A DNA stretch of 55,316 bases, counting the filler, from Sphacelaria rigidula (taxonomy: Eukaryota): NCBI GenBank assembly GCA_964200075.2. It is 6 parts of 6 records of this genome, joined end to end, with 100 filler letters (N's around TTAATTAATTAA, not from the genome) between each part and the next. Parts side by side here need not be neighbours in the genome. Positions count along the whole stretch, not along the records: positions 18,475 to 27,610 come from CAXNAA020009211.1; positions 27,711 to 36,846 come from CAXNAA020009212.1; positions 36,947 to 46,081 come from CAXNAA020009213.1; 3 more parts are not named here. One strand, written 5' to 3'. This document shows, piece by piece, positions 24,921 through 38,329 of the stretch; the stretch's first letter is position 1; each line of letters starts with the position of its first letter. The position numbers were made by a program, and so were the translations under genes. The notes below the pieces were generated by a model. It was given only the letters and a program-made list of their open reading frames with translations. It was not told the DNA's origin and did not search any database.

Positions 24921-27833
24921 TTATCTGAAAATGATAATTTTCCGACAAGATTTAATTATATCAAGTGCTGGCGTGACCTGATTCCACTGTACCATAACAA
25001 GGGTACTTCCGGTTGCGCCGCTGGGAAAATACGCTGAGGTGGACACACATTTTGTTTTCATACGTGTGAAACGTCCTTGTCCAGGCACCAGCTTCACGTT
25101 TCACAATTTTGGAGTAAACATACCTTAGTAACAGATAGTCCTGTATGCCGTACGAAGCACTGAAGTGATCCTCTCCAACAAGCATGGAGTGTTGTACGCT
25201 CGCCTGGACTTAATGTGGTCAACGGTTGCAAAAGGCACAATTGCGCTGCGTGAAATATAGGCCTATCGCAACTATTGACCACATGTTGTCGAGGGCGTGG
25301 AGTATCGAGTATTGAATATGGTGTGCCGGAGCCACCCCCGAGCCCCTGTCCTCTAATCGTACCCTCCGTCACATTCGTCTCCGCGGCGGTCATACCAGCC
25401 TATTCCCCAGCGATTCGAATACAAAAGCAGGATTGATTCACGTTGCATCTCGAACAACCACGACCTGTTTTTCGGCCGGTGAGGTGAATTTAAATACATA
25501 CCGTACGACGTTCTAATTTCACATTCGTCCAGTGATTCAGCAAAGCATCCGATGTTCTGTACAAGGTGACGCACGGTTGGTTGCGCTGTAGAAGGTGATT
25601 TCAAAGTGCCCCACCAGGTAGATGCGAGGGTGCCAACAACTTTGATCGGTGATTCAGGGCATCGTACGTCGTGTGTGAGGCAGACAAAAGTACGACAGTC
25701 AATGCGAACCGTGGTAAGACAGTTTTTGAACAAAAAATCGAATCCAACTCTTCCTGATAACGATGGCAGCGAGGCCAAAAGGCAACGTATACTTATGGGC
25801 GACCAAACTGCCCGGGAAGTGGGCGGGCGGGCGGGTTGATTCTTCCTGTGAGGTTCGTGCGTTCGCAGCGGCTGTTGTACCCCATGAGCTACGTTAACGG
25901 AAAACAAGGGTAACCGATCAATCTTCATGTGTATAGGATCATCAATAACGGCGACAACAACAGTGGCAAAACGGAGTAATGGAATAACCACGACCGAGAG
26001 AAAGGGGCGGCGCAGAGGCGGATCACGGATCACGGACCCCACCTAAAAGAACCTGAGTATCAAACACCTTTCCGTGGGTAAAGAAATAGTTGAAAGTCAT
26101 CCCGCCTCGTAGACGTGACGTAAGGCTCGCATGAGGCGTCGAGATCAGACAGAGCGGACCCCAATTCTATTCGCCTTGGAGCCGATTCTTCAGTGGTGGG
26201 AAGTTTGTATCTCAGAATTTTAATCGCCCGTCTCCTCGGGCTCAGTTATCATGGTACCTCCATGTCTGGTAGGAGCCAGTACACGAAGGGTTAGGTCTAG
26301 GATCGAGAAGGGTCGTGTATAACCTTCAGGGCTGGACGGCTTGGACAAAATTACAACCATGAACTCTGCTTCTCGATGGAGTGGTTGGGATATGGGACCT
26401 CATGGTTAGGAAAACGTTTGTTGTAGCGACCTCGGGGAACGCAACCGAGGGGGCACGTGGTGATGTAGAAGGAACGGAGACTATTGTGATTGCAATGCAG
26501 TCAAGCGTTCCCCTACGACAGCAGTGCCACAACATCTTGCCTGGCGGCGAGAGGTACCATGCCCCCAAATAAACTTCGGAGTGCCAGCAGCTGTTTTTGC
26601 TGCCAAACTCGCCGCGAGGGAGATTACGCCTCAGGTCCTAAATCAAACCGCATCGTAGTGCTGACTATTCACCTGCGCCCAGGTTGAACACCGCATGAGT
26701 AGGCGACACGCACCGGCTGGGTGATGCAGGGAAGGGGGGAATAGCAACATTCAGCTTGCCTTTTGAGAGCCTCAAGTGTCACACTTCAGGACGGCAGTGT
26801 AGTGCAGTGGATGTCATTCCATCGCGTCCGATACCCACTTCACTTGCATCTCGTTGCTGGACTATTGCACCGCACTACACTTCTGTACTGTTGTGTGATG
26901 TTGATAAACATATCCCAGCACAGGTGCATCAACAGCGTATTTCAGTGTCCAACTTGTTGTGCACTCACTGCCCATGGATTTTTACATTACAACCACGAAA
27001 AAATGATGCAGCCCGGCTACGACAACATGCTATTCTTGATACTAGCGTCGTCGTACTTACGGGTGTAACGCTCAACCCGCCCAGTGGGCTTCACACCACA
27101 CTCCATGCCAATGCAAATTGGAAAGTTTGGTTGGGGCATTTCGGGAGTAGACACACACCACCCCCCCCACGTACATGCGTACAGCGCAAAACAGTTCAGG
27201 ACGCTTTGGGAGCACTCAAGTACAATGCATTTTGAAGTACACGCGTGAGTGAAGGGCTTGTTTCTTGCTCTTTTCATGTTACAAAAGAGTGCGGTATTGG
27301 TGCAAATGAGTGTGCTGCTACTTGTGTAGGTGATGCGACCGAACTACCACGGCAACCCCTATATGAAATAAAGTACCGAAATGCACAGCGCACACTTCAC
27401 AAAGTGCCAATGTGGCAGTCGCATGGTTGGTCATGTAGCACACCGCACGACAGTAGACACTATAATTGAAAAGTAGTAAGGTCGATGATATGCAACAAGG
27501 TGGAACACGAAAAAAACTTGAGGCAGGCATCAAAACGACAAAAAAAAAAAAAGAGGGGAAAGCAGAGCAATGAAACAAAAAAACCCAAACCTCTCCCCCC
27601 CCTCCTTTGGNNNNNNNNNNNNNNNNNNNNNNNNNNNNNNNNNNNNNNNNNNNNTTAATTAATTAANNNNNNNNNNNNNNNNNNNNNNNNNNNNNNNNNN
27701 NNNNNNNNNNCATTTGGGGGGGAAGATGGCTTCGCTCGGTCGTAAGTATTTCGCGTCTTCCCTGCAAAAGAGTAATGCCACTTCAACCCCATACATTGTA
27801 TCAACCCCATTTCCTAGGATTCACTGGTAACTG

Positions 27834-27997
27834 CTACACACCATAGAAACATTGATTTAGATAACCGAAATACCGAAGTCCTAGGTGAAAAGCCAATTTT
27901 GGCGTCCGATCGGACCCCTCAAACCCCCCAAAGCTGGTGTTTCACCTAGGACCCCGAAATTTCGATTATCCTAGTCCAATTTTTTATGGCGTGTAGT
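27834..27997. mobile_element. Short foldback/MITE-like inverted repeat
   Basis: CTACAC.CCATA...GTCCTAGGTGAAA is mirrored by TTTCACCTAGGAC...TATGGCGTGTAG; arms about 55 bp. Confidence 0.55.
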
Positions 27998-28133
27998 AGT
28001 TGTCAATAGCTACCAGAAAGTGAATATTCGAGAGCATTTTCAGAAGATTTGGTGTAAATACGAAGATTTCAATCCTCCGGGTTTTCATCCCCAATAACAG
28101 ATCCATCCCCAATTTGTAAAACGCCGTGTTCAA

Positions 28134-29189
28134 CCGTTTTGGGACTGAAGCTCACTAACAAGGGGTTCACCATGTATTAGTAGAATAATAAACGGCAAGT
28201 CTGGGAGCGACACGCCCAATCACGGCGAGGCGAAATTTATCGACCACATCGGAACGATTTGTGGGGGGGGGGGCTGTCGCCGGGAGTGATGTCACTGCCA
28301 AGTTGATGTGTGTACCCCGTCCCTGGCCCACAAAAAAGCCTTCGAAGTAAAGAAAAGCCCAACTTGCGGGGCCCGGTTTTCCGATTTTGTTTTCATCATT
28401 TACGTGCATTTTATATAGGTCCGACCTCCACTTCCCCGAATTTCTGGCTCACCACCCTATAGTAAAACCTAGTTGATTACATCAACACATAGTGCTCGGG
28501 GGAAATTCGGGAATAAATGTACCCTACTACATATGTGGTCATATTCGCAAGGCGACTGAATCTAGCAACGTTGTGGGATGAGACACGGAGGTAGAGGCAT
28601 GACTTCTACGTATCCGTCTGTCGAAGCAGTACAAGCGGCAGTGAGGTCGTATGTAATCGACGGGAACGAATAAGCTGTGTATAGGCAGCTGATCTCTGTC
28701 GCGGAGAACTGCCCAGAAAGTATTAAGAAGTATGCAGCGGCAGCTGCTGCTGCAGTCGGAGAGGTGTACTGAACTGTATGTGCGGTGCAACGCCCACGCC
28801 GCTCGAAGAGAATTTGCCGCTTGCAACAAAGAGGGAAATTGCGGCCCACCTCGACCATAAAGGTCTTTGTGGCGAGGTGATGGCGACAAGAAAATACCAT
28901 CCAAAGCCACAAGTGGCGGGCGGCGGTCGTCACGTCCTGTTGGAAGCTCTCCACGGCGACTCATACTGCTTGATACATCTGTACATTACATGGTGCGCAC
29001 AACACCCGAAAAATTAAAGTTTGTACCTGCACCTGAAAATAAATTAGATTGAACGTTTGGCCTTCCTTAAAACCTTGTGGTTACTTACGCGGATTTTCAG
29101 CATCATAAAGCCACTATTTCGCGCATACGCCAGGCACGTCATTCCTAATCAGCCTGATTGGTTGTTCTGGAGGTCCAGTCCCAAAAGGC
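28134..29189 (-). mobile_element. ~1.05-kb piggyBac-like non-autonomous element (copy 1)
   Basis: TIR CC(G/C)TTTTGGGACTG with TTAA-like flanks; colinear reverse-complement homology to 40658-41701. Confidence 0.75.
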
Positions 29190-31699
29190 TTTACAGGGTT
29201 TACCTATCCATTAGATCTGCAACGGGTTTTCCCCTGCACTGCAATTTTGCAGGTTTTTCTCGTTTTACCTTCAGGCGCACGGTGCACAGGCTTTGTTTTT
29301 GTTCCGGTCCTTCCAGCCCTTGAATAATTGTTGTTCAGCCTCATAAATAAGGCTGGGGGGATGGTACAGATTTGTTGATCATTTTCCAGCCGACCAGTCT
29401 CCATGTTTCATATTTTTTTCTGCTTGGTATCTGATGGGACATACTGCATTTTGCGCCCTAGATTTGGCCGCCGACCCCCATGCGTTCAAGAAAGCTTTCA
29501 GGAATGATCCCAACAAGTACTGCAGCTACTAGCCGGTTCGCCGATAATACAAGAAGCATCTACGCCATCATGAGGTCTGCTTTATCAGAGATGTTTCTGG
29601 TCTTCGTCTCAAGTAAACCTGAATTTCATGCAGCGGATACTGCATGAGCACTTGCGTGACAACCCGCAGCCTTTTCACTGCTGAGCATGATGTGAGTAGT
29701 TGAAGATGGTCGAATCCTGGTGCTTGCATATCTTTTGAGCAAGACTGCTCGGGTGCCTACGGACTGGCATCCTTCACCTCTAGACGTTCACCGCGTGATT
29801 CGTGACAGAAGTATACGTACACGAATCGCTTCCCGGTATGCCGTAGACTCTACGTTGCCAACTGCTGTTTCTCGGGCAGACAGGAGATAGTTGTAGTCGA
29901 GTGAAGAAACACTCCAACTCGTGGCTTCTAGACCATTGAGTCCAAACCAGCACTGCATCATAAGGCAAAACATAGACTCACTTTCACGTACACAGAAGTG
30001 CTCTTGACTTGCTTGCAAGCGAGATGTCTCCAAGTGGTGGCTGATAGCTTTTGTTATCAAGTGCTGCTAGGTAGCTGAACGACAGTTGCTGGGTCGCTGG
30101 AAGTCGTGACAGACCGGGTGCGCAACACATCAAACTGGAACAAAACACTGATATGCGAATGGAATACGACCTATTGCACATGCTACGCGAGCTTCGGAAC
30201 GCCTACTATATGTACATCCTATAACCGCCGTAACATCCCCCTCCCTTGCTTCGTGCACGCTGCTGATGGAAGGTGAGGAAAGTCACAGCTCAGTACACTC
30301 AGGGGGTAATTTCCTCAAGTCTGTATGCCATCAGCCTAAGAGTATGTCAACGACGAGAAAACCGCAGAATTTCGGAGCTAAGAATAACCGCGGGAAAAAC
30401 TCGTCATGAAATCGGAAGGATGGACAAGATCTGGTATTCAGGAAAAAGCCTCATCGCTTGGGAGAAAAATCTCTCACGCCCTTTCAGATCATGGTGACTG
30501 CTTTCGCATGTGCCATGTCTTCCTGGGATCTTAGTTAGACTGAATGGAGAACAGAAACTACGGAAAGTAGAATGTGACTATTCTCAGATGGTAACGGCGC
30601 TTAGATACCCCTGATTGGTTACGTCAATCCTGGGTAGTGTGGGACTCGCAAAGAGTTGACCCACTAAAAATATGCCCACGAAAGCGTTTGCTGGTTGATA
30701 GGAGTGCTGCACGCTTTTTCTCCTATCGACCAGTACCCGCTAACCTACTGGACACAAGGGACTGCATCGTGGATCAACAGTTCTGTCACGATGCAGTGTC
30801 CCAGCAGGTACTTGGCGCCCACGCTGTTGTGCAATGCTCACGCATGAATATTTCTACATGGGAAGGGTGGGGCACCCTAAAGTCGGATCAAAGTTGCCCG
30901 AGGACGAAGAAACGTGATGAACGGACCGGGTACCTGAAACAAAGGGTAGGATCAGGTATAACAAAGTCAAAACAAATTAATTAATATTTTCCATGGAATG
31001 CAAGGCCGGAAAAATAGATGAATAGCGAAGCAAGATCGACTCCGCGAAAACTTGAAAAGGAAAAGAGAAATCGAAAAATAGTGCTGGAGGAACAAACCAG
31101 GCCCGCAAGAAAAAAGGGAAGGGAAAAAAGGAAAATGAAACATGAAGGAAAGGTTGAAAGGACATACCAGGTCCATAATACGAAAAAACAATGAAACACG
31201 AAAAGGAATGAAAAGTAAGAAGGACTGACACGAGAAAAATTATCAAGTCCTGCGATATCAAATGAAACCAAAACAGAAGAGAAAAATAAATAAATAGAAC
31301 CCAGATAAAAAAACCGAACAGAGAAAAAAAGATGATGGCCTAAGTGGAAAGTTCTGACCCGACAAAACGAGGCAAAAAATCAAGAAGGCGGACCATGTCC
31401 GCCCCCCCCAAATCAAGATCAAACGTCATAAAGTGAGGAAATAGAGCCGGAAACGAACAAGACATGTAACCGAGCTCATGATCAACGGAAAAATACAAGT
31501 GGAAACAGACCCGAAAACAGTAGAAAAAAAACTCAACAGTTGTTTCAATGAAAAGAAAGAAACAGCACTGAACTACTGCTCATTACTACTGGTAAAAGTG
31601 AAGAAATACAAAATGCTGCTCGCTCCTGTAGTGCAGCACGAAACGGTCTCCTACCCTCTCCTTAGTACACTATTAATGCTTTTCTCTGCTTTGTTCGCT

Positions 31700-33540
31700 C
31701 AATGTATCATAGGCTCGCTCGTCTGGGCCACTCGCTGGAGCTCTTCACTTGAAGACTCCACACAGTCTCCGTCATCTTATCACTCTCCCGAAGCATTTGC
31801 CGCCGTCGAACACTCGTCCTTTCTGCTCAGCTTCGTCAAAATCCTCTCAGAATGCAAAACCTATGGGGAGCAAGTTCAGAGCAACACTGCGCGACGGAGG
31901 GATATGGCGTGCTCGGGCGGGATGACATACTTGATGCCTTGACTGGGTGGTGCAGATGCCAGAAGGCGTGGGATCCGTCCACTCGTGGAAGCGTGAGGCT
32001 TTCCAGGACTCCGCTTCCTGGTGGCCCCTCCCGTGCTCCATCCTGGGCCTTTCGTCGCTATTTCTAACCTGAATATTTTTTCCTGGAATTAGACTCGCGA
32101 CGGTCTTTCAGGGTTAGCAGGTGGGGGTTTGGGTAAGAGGTTGGCGTCGCCTTAAAGTGTGGTGTTTAGGCAAACTAGGCGAACCCGTCAGCGATTGAAT
32201 ATCTCAGGTAAGGCGGGTAACGATATGCGGTTCGACTCATGGCGGACTATCTTGCGCGTACGTATTTTGTGCCCTTGCATCACCACCTCCAGACCGCGTG
32301 CCGTCACCGATCCTTGTCAAATTTCCATGTACCGTATACTAGTGCTGCAGTTCCCTGCCGTTGCCATCCCGACCCGTTGAGATCTCACTCGGATCCATCA
32401 CCAGTCTTACCTCGCATAGGTGCTGTTCGCGCTGTTCTACGAACGCATCCAGTCCTATACTCGGTTCTGCTTCTTGTGAGATAGGTGAAAGTCAGCTTAG
32501 AGATGTGCGTGGTTTTGCGTCGACACGGCAACCCGGAGAGGGAAGCAGCGTGTCAAGCAATGTGCGCTTGATTCAAAGAGCCAATGAGAAGGGCTCACCC
32601 CACCTGACATCATGACTTGCAAAGCTCCGACAACATGTCCAGTAGCCATCTTCCTGGTCTTACGACTGCGTCCTGATCGCGTGGGAGATCTGATGCTTCG
32701 GAAAGCGATGCCCTCTTTCAGCCACCTGCACAAATGGGTGACTACCTCCACGCTAAACTCTTCGCCTCTGTTCAGCGAATCTTTTGAGGGACACTGGAAG
32801 TTAGGCACATTCCGCAAGGACACGGACCACCCCGTGGGCTTGTTTCGATGGCTGTGGAAAACCAAATGGGACCTGGGAAGCGAGGTCAACTGCCCGGCAG
32901 ATGTATGTATGCGAATGCAACATTTACTTAATCGTTGGCAACTTGATCACCTCGTCCCATGGGTCTACCGCACGCCCCTACCTCATGGCCGTTTGACCAC
33001 TGCTTGATCTCTTGGTCCTCCTGCAACTGCATGACAGCACATCTTGCTTTATATCTTTCGTCCTCGTTGACAAAAGAAAGCGGTCACGCATCGTGGATAG
33101 GGTGGCGCCTATTGCTACATTCACATGGAATATGTGAACGGGTGCTAACATCTCCGCTATCATTATTTTTGGAACCGCCGGCAGCTCCTTGCCATCGACT
33201 CCCAGGTATCACTTATATTTTGTACTCAGATCGCATCTCAGCTACCGTCTCGGCAGTCGTTTTCCCCTCAGGGCTGATCGCACCTGTTCTCGCAAAGGGT
33301 CTCCTTGCTGGCGCTCAAATTGGAAGCGTAACTGAGAGTCTGCAGAGCACGATCATTCGTCACTGTGCCCACCGGTTGGAGGTCTGCGGATGAGCTAGGC
33401 GTCTCCCCGCCTGAGGAGAGCGCTTCGCCTACCTCCATTCGTTTGCTGACTGTGCGGAATGACCAGTACTGGCACCTGTTACGGAACCTTGATCGGTACT
33501 GTGCGGGCGGTCTCAGGTCTACCACTTGGGGGGCTACGGG
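31700..33540 (-). mobile_element. Decayed Ty3/gypsy LTR retrotransposon integrase region
   Basis: ORF 32978-33163 and flanks read AVPKIMIAEMLAPVHIFHVNVAIGATLSTMRDRF...KDIKQDVLSCSCRRTKRS...AVDPWDE, a degenerate HHCC zinc-binding region; many stops; a polypurine tract plus TGTTAC LTR start lies downstream at 30247-30230 on the same strand. Confidence 0.65.
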
Positions 33541-33582
33541 ACGCTACTAGGCAAAAACAAAAGTGGCGTTGATTTGCTGCGA

Positions 33583-33832
33583 GAGTCATCCTACGATAGG
33601 GGGGGGGGGTATTTGATTGCACGAAAAAAGAGGCTCAAGAGTGTGTCACACGACCTGCCACACTCGTGGTGCGCTTGTATTTGGTTCAAAACGGTGTCAA
33701 TCGGTATGAACGAGCGTTATATATTTTTAGCAAGCTCGTTCGAGCAACCGTTGCTCCTTTCAAGGACGATTTGACTTGGAGTTTCGTGCTAGAAGTGGCC
33801 CAAAATACCTCCCCCCTATCGTAGGATGAATC
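33583..33832. mobile_element. 250-bp MITE with 4-bp TSD (Sola-like)
   Basis: TIR GAGTCATCCTACGATAGGGGGG; TSD GCGA (33579-33582 and 33833-33836); related copies at about 13260-13490 and 46182-46255. Confidence 0.8.
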
Positions 33833-33861
33833 GCGAATGGTGTACAGCACTCGTAAACGAC

Positions 33862-34296
33862 AGGCTAACAGCCTGGATCCGTTTTTAAGGTTCGACATTT
33901 GGGTGAGGTTCAACTCGAAAACAGTGCTTTCCCTGACCTGAAGTCATGATCAATGAATTTCATATGGACGGCCTCATGCCCCCCGACGTCCATAAAACTA
34001 TTTTTGGGGGTTCCCCGTCTTCCGAGTCCCCAAAGCGTATGTGCGAAAGCACCCTTTTGCCTCGATACTGGGGCGAAAAGGGGGAAGTTTTTAGCCCAAA
34101 ATTAGTGCTTTTGCATATACGCTTTGGGGACACGGAAGACGGGGAACCCCCCAAAATAGTTTTATGGACGACGGGGGGCAGAGGCCGTCCGTATGAAATT
34201 CATTGGTCATGACTTCAGATCAGGGAAAGCACTGTTCTCGAGTTAAATCTCACCCAAATATTGAACCTCAAACACGGATCCAGCCTGTTGGCTGTT
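33862..34296. repeat. Long near-perfect inverted repeat (foldback MITE/hairpin), arms ~190 bp
   Basis: 33862-34052 is the reverse complement of 34104-34296 with scattered, mostly transition, mismatches. Confidence 0.9.
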
Positions 34297-35141
34297 CTAG
34301 CTCACCGTTGATGATGACCAGAACCTGCTTTGGGTCCGTGGAAAACAGTCAGGTGTCGAGAAAGCGAGGAAGCCCAGCAGGAGATCCACCAGCTCCCGTT
34401 TTTCCGATTCACCACCCCACCTATTTGATGTTTGTCTGATACGCTTACTCAGAGGCGGGTGGGTTGAGCGACACTGTTCGGACGTGCTGTCCGGGGAGGG
34501 GGATTTGACAGGGATCTACTCTAGATGTGTTTGGATCGACCTTGATTACCGTCACGAGTATGTTACGGACCCGTGAGTCAGGAGGTCAGAGGCTGGGGTG
34601 CGATTACGGATCCAACTACGTGCATCGGAGGAACCTTACTCTGAGCAGGGATGGTAGCGCAGAAACGCCTGCCGCGCAAACGTTTCGAGTGCAGTCTGAC
34701 CTGTTGACCTGATGCTACAACCTTACCGATATGCAGTTACACCACCTTCTCCGATGTCTAGCAAAACCTCAGTTGGCCGCGATTGGTGGAGCCGCTGTCG
34801 ATGTCCGATCTCACCCGTTACTCCGAGTTGGCTTTCGTGGCGCTTAACGGTCGTCCCTGAAGTTTGCCATCGCAGGTTTCTTAAGACAGATGTACCTGGG
34901 GCGTACTTTCGTGCATCAGGCAACGGCTCTCGCAAAATATACGCCAAAATAACACCATGGATGGACGAGCTATACGCTTGCATCATGAAAGTAGCAACTG
35001 CAATAGCAAAGATGGCTGTAGAGTGAAATTATGGTGAGAAGTACAGAGAATATAATTGAAAATGTAGAAGGCGAGAGGAGAAAAACGGCAGAAAATCAAG
35101 GGGTACCATACGGCACACAGGGGAGCATAATAATTGATTTT

Positions 35142-36403
35142 TAGGGTTGTGAATCGGAGCCGATTCACCTGATTCAATCGGACCGATTGAATCGATATCG
35201 GAATCGGAAAAGGGGGGCGATGTTTCTTCCAATGTATAGCTGATGTACAGCCGGTATATGTTAATTAGGGTTTAAAAGACTGTTACTGAAACGCAGCAGC
35301 CTTCTACACCCATGGAAGGGAGCCTCTTTCGTACAGGAGGCCGTATGCATATAGTTTTCACAGGTGGGAAGACACACAGAGGCATACATGACCCTGGGGA
35401 CGAACACAGAACACACATGACCATGGGGACGAAACACACAATATTCGTACAGGAGGGTAAGGTTTATTTTTTTATTTTTGTGTGACCCTTCAGCACCGCA
35501 GTCGGGGAATGGGGTAAATATGTCGAGCAACGACAAGGACGGCAAGCTGGTTCTCGGGGACCCACTGCAGTGGTGGCGTGTTAAGGCGCGGGGATACCCC
35601 ATGCTGGCCGCACTGACTCGCCGGGTGTTGTGCATTCCCGCGTCCCAAGCGCAGTCGGCACGTGTGTTTTCGGCAGCGGGCCAAATCGCAACGCCGACAT
35701 GTCCTCGGCTCGACCCAAAACACGTAGAGCTCATGGTATTCCTTCGCACTGTCCTGCCCGAGGTAGACACCTGCAATGGGAAGGGGAAGAAGAGGAAAGC
35801 CTAGGAAGCGGCAGCATTGGGACTTGCTCGCGTACCATAGGCTTTGATTTGGGCAGTGAACAATCGGTGTAAGGCGCGAAGCAAAGACGTGGACGTAACA
35901 TTAGTAACAGTAGCATCTTGCCATCCTAACTCTATCTGCTACCTGTCTGCTTTATTTCTTGGACGCGTGCACACGCGCGGAATGTAGTGCCGCCGTTGCA
36001 CGTCGTTGTTTCGTTTTGTTGCCTGCTAGCCGCTCAGCTCTGCTACTTTTGGTAGCCAGCTGTCCAGCTGTTCCTAGGTGCATAGGTAGCAGCACGTGCC
36101 TACACTTTTCTTTTTCACGTGTCTTTTTTGTTTCTTTTCCAATGTTTTCTGCATGTAGTGAAGTTCATTCCGGTTCCAGCAACCCTCGATTTCGCACGGA
36201 TTTTGAAGGCAAATCAAGCCAAATGGCCCAATTTTTCTGCCTCCGGCGGCGCCTCCAGCGAAGCCCCCTCACCAGCCGGGGGCGGGCGAGGGAGGCTCGC
36301 TTCACTCGCCGATCACGGGCGCTCGCCCGATTCAATCGGTATATCGGCTGCGCCGATATCCAATGTGTAAATGATCGGAAAACGTAGCCGATTCACAACC
36401 CTA
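35142..36403 (+). mobile_element. Internally deleted hAT transposon retaining the C-terminal dimerisation domain
   Basis: TIR TAGGGTTGTGAATCGG/CCGATTCACAACCCTA; subterminal AATCGG/CCGAT repeats; ORF 35478-35804 DPLQWW...YPMLAALTRRVLCIPASQAQSARVFSAAG...RLDPKHVELMVFLR. Confidence 0.9.
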
Positions 36404-37330
36404 AAAAATATCCAACATGTGAGTCAGTGAAAGGAGAAAAAGGACGTAAATAATGCATCGTGGGCTACGACTCCTAAATGCAGACGAGGGAAAGAGATTA
36501 CTAGTACAAAACAGTATAATAGCGCAAGAGAAGAAAATTGACGGCAAGAAAAATACCAGCCGGAGAGGAAGAAAAAGTGTGGAGACAGTCGCAAAAACAG
36601 AATAGTGGCGGAATAGGAAAGTGATGGCTAAAAGAAAATTAAAATATTGAGGAGGGAAAGCGGAAGAGAAGAAAACGTATAGAAAAGGCCGCGAATAAGA
36701 ACAGTATAGTAGCGGAAGAGGTGACTTGTAGCCAGAATTCACCAAGGCGTAGTAGATGTAGCATGTGTAGGATCCTAGATGATGACCAGGGGACAAGGGC
36801 ATCCTGTGGATGATGACCCTTGATGCGTAGCCTAAGCCGGCTGGCANNNNNNNNNNNNNNNNNNNNNNNNNNNNNNNNNNNNNNNNNNNNTTAATTAATT
36901 AANNNNNNNNNNNNNNNNNNNNNNNNNNNNNNNNNNNNNNNNNNNNTTTTTTCGTGTTTTTAGTGGAGTTTTGAGGAGAAATGAACGTTGCTCTTAGGCC
37001 TTATCGCAATGTTGTAGCTCAATTTCTAGAATTGTGGTTTGAAAGTTGGCATGGAGAACCACAAAAGCGTGCCGAAAAAAAAAAATGGGCCTTCAATTTC
37101 TTTCTTCTTCATAGAGGTTCGGACGTTCTCGTGACAAAATGGTCTTGACCATAGTAGCACGCCCTGAACCAGTGAAAAAAGATGAAACAAAATCAACCTA
37201 ACCCACTTTTTTTGTTAATTATGCCTTAGAGAGCGCCCACACCAAATTTCACTACACGAAAGCCAAACGTGGGCCGGTGAGGGGCCTGCGAAATACTGTT
37301 ACGGATTTCTACCGACCCGGTTTTTGATAG

Positions 37331-37594
37331 GCCCATGCTCTTTTGTACATTTAGAGTTGAACGCTGAAATTTGGTACGGACAGTGCGTAGGGCATAAAAA
37401 AGAAATTACGTCGGTACCAAATGTTTTTTTCTTCACGAGTCAAGGGCAATAATCGGTTTTCAGGTATCAGTAAAATGCCCCTAACTCATGGAAAAAAAAA
37501 ACTTTTGGTACCGACGTAATTTTTTTTCATGCCCTATGCATTTTCCATACCAAATTTCAGGGTCCAACTCTGAATGTATTAAAGAGCATGGGGC
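37331..37594. repeat. Foldback/MITE-like inverted repeat, arms ~115 bp
   Basis: 37331-37447 mirrors 37477-37594 (for example GAAATTTGGTA and AATTACGTCGGTACCAAA). Confidence 0.8.
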
Positions 37595-37774
37595 TGCAAA
37601 CGTCAAATCCGCCTCTAGGCTGGCCCAGCTCGTAAATAATTCGGCAACGGTCAACGAGCTGCGCGGGTGCTTATCCGTCGAGACTAAAGACTCGTTTCGA
37701 GGAGGGGGGTAAGGGGCGCGGTCGCACAAGACTACGGAATCAACAACTCAGCCATCTGTCAATACGACAACCAC

Positions 37775-37926
37775 CTGCGGAAAAAGTGCAGAACGCCGTC
37801 GTCGGTGATGAGCCAGCTGTGCGGATCTGCTTGGGGCCCCAGATTGTCTCCAGTCCACCGATATTCATTCGATATACCCCACGAACAAAACCCTCCCCAC
37901 GCAGGCATGTATCGCGATGGGCGCTC
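37775..37926 (-). CDS. YHS-domain protein, next exon (gene continues; last exon not found in the contig)
   Basis: ttttttcag acceptor; ERPSRYMPAWGGFCSWGISNEYRWTGDNLGPQADPHSWLITDDGVLHFFR matches the 'P..Y.P.YGG.C' and 'DP..W.I.DG.L' motifs; in frame with exon 1; donor AG|gtggtt. Confidence 0.85.
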
Positions 37927-38329
37927 CTGAAAAAAACACAACCAAAAAGGGTTGGGGGGGGTGGGGTCACCACTCACGATTGGGGTTGGTTGAGTTGGGC
38001 ATTGGGCTTTTGTCGGGGCCGAGTGGACGAAGAAACAGCGATATAGGCCACGAACTACGTCATGTGGGTGGGTGCACTGGCAGGGTCAACCGCAGGCGAC
38101 GCCAAGAAACAGCGGGCGGAAGTAGGCGACACTGGGTGGAACATGGGTGATGGGGTAGAGCACATAAGACACGGTGGACTGTGAGACCATGAGTGAGACG
38201 GCGCTGCACACAGAAGCAAGAGCTGAGTCACATGATGTACGACAGAAGGAGCTGCAATGTGTGACGAAGCGGATCTTTAATGGCCGGGGGTAAGAGCCGA
38301 CCGAACCAAGCGTGAGTAAAGGACGGAGT

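Noticed and set aside
25353-27240. ORFs of 229 and 159 aa in contig 3
   Set aside because: No recognisable motifs or coherent exon structure; probably decayed repeat DNA.
30960-31560. Phe-rich minus-strand ORFs resembling membrane proteins
   Set aside because: Artefact of A-rich low-complexity sequence.
37481-37729. Candidate third exon of the YHS gene (SLTVAELFTSW...)
   Set aside because: Weak acceptor, no expected family motif, and it runs into a foldback repeat.
37870-37900. Selenocysteine codon in the YHS GGxC motif
   Set aside because: The codon is TGT (Cys); there is no in-frame TGA in the two visible exons.
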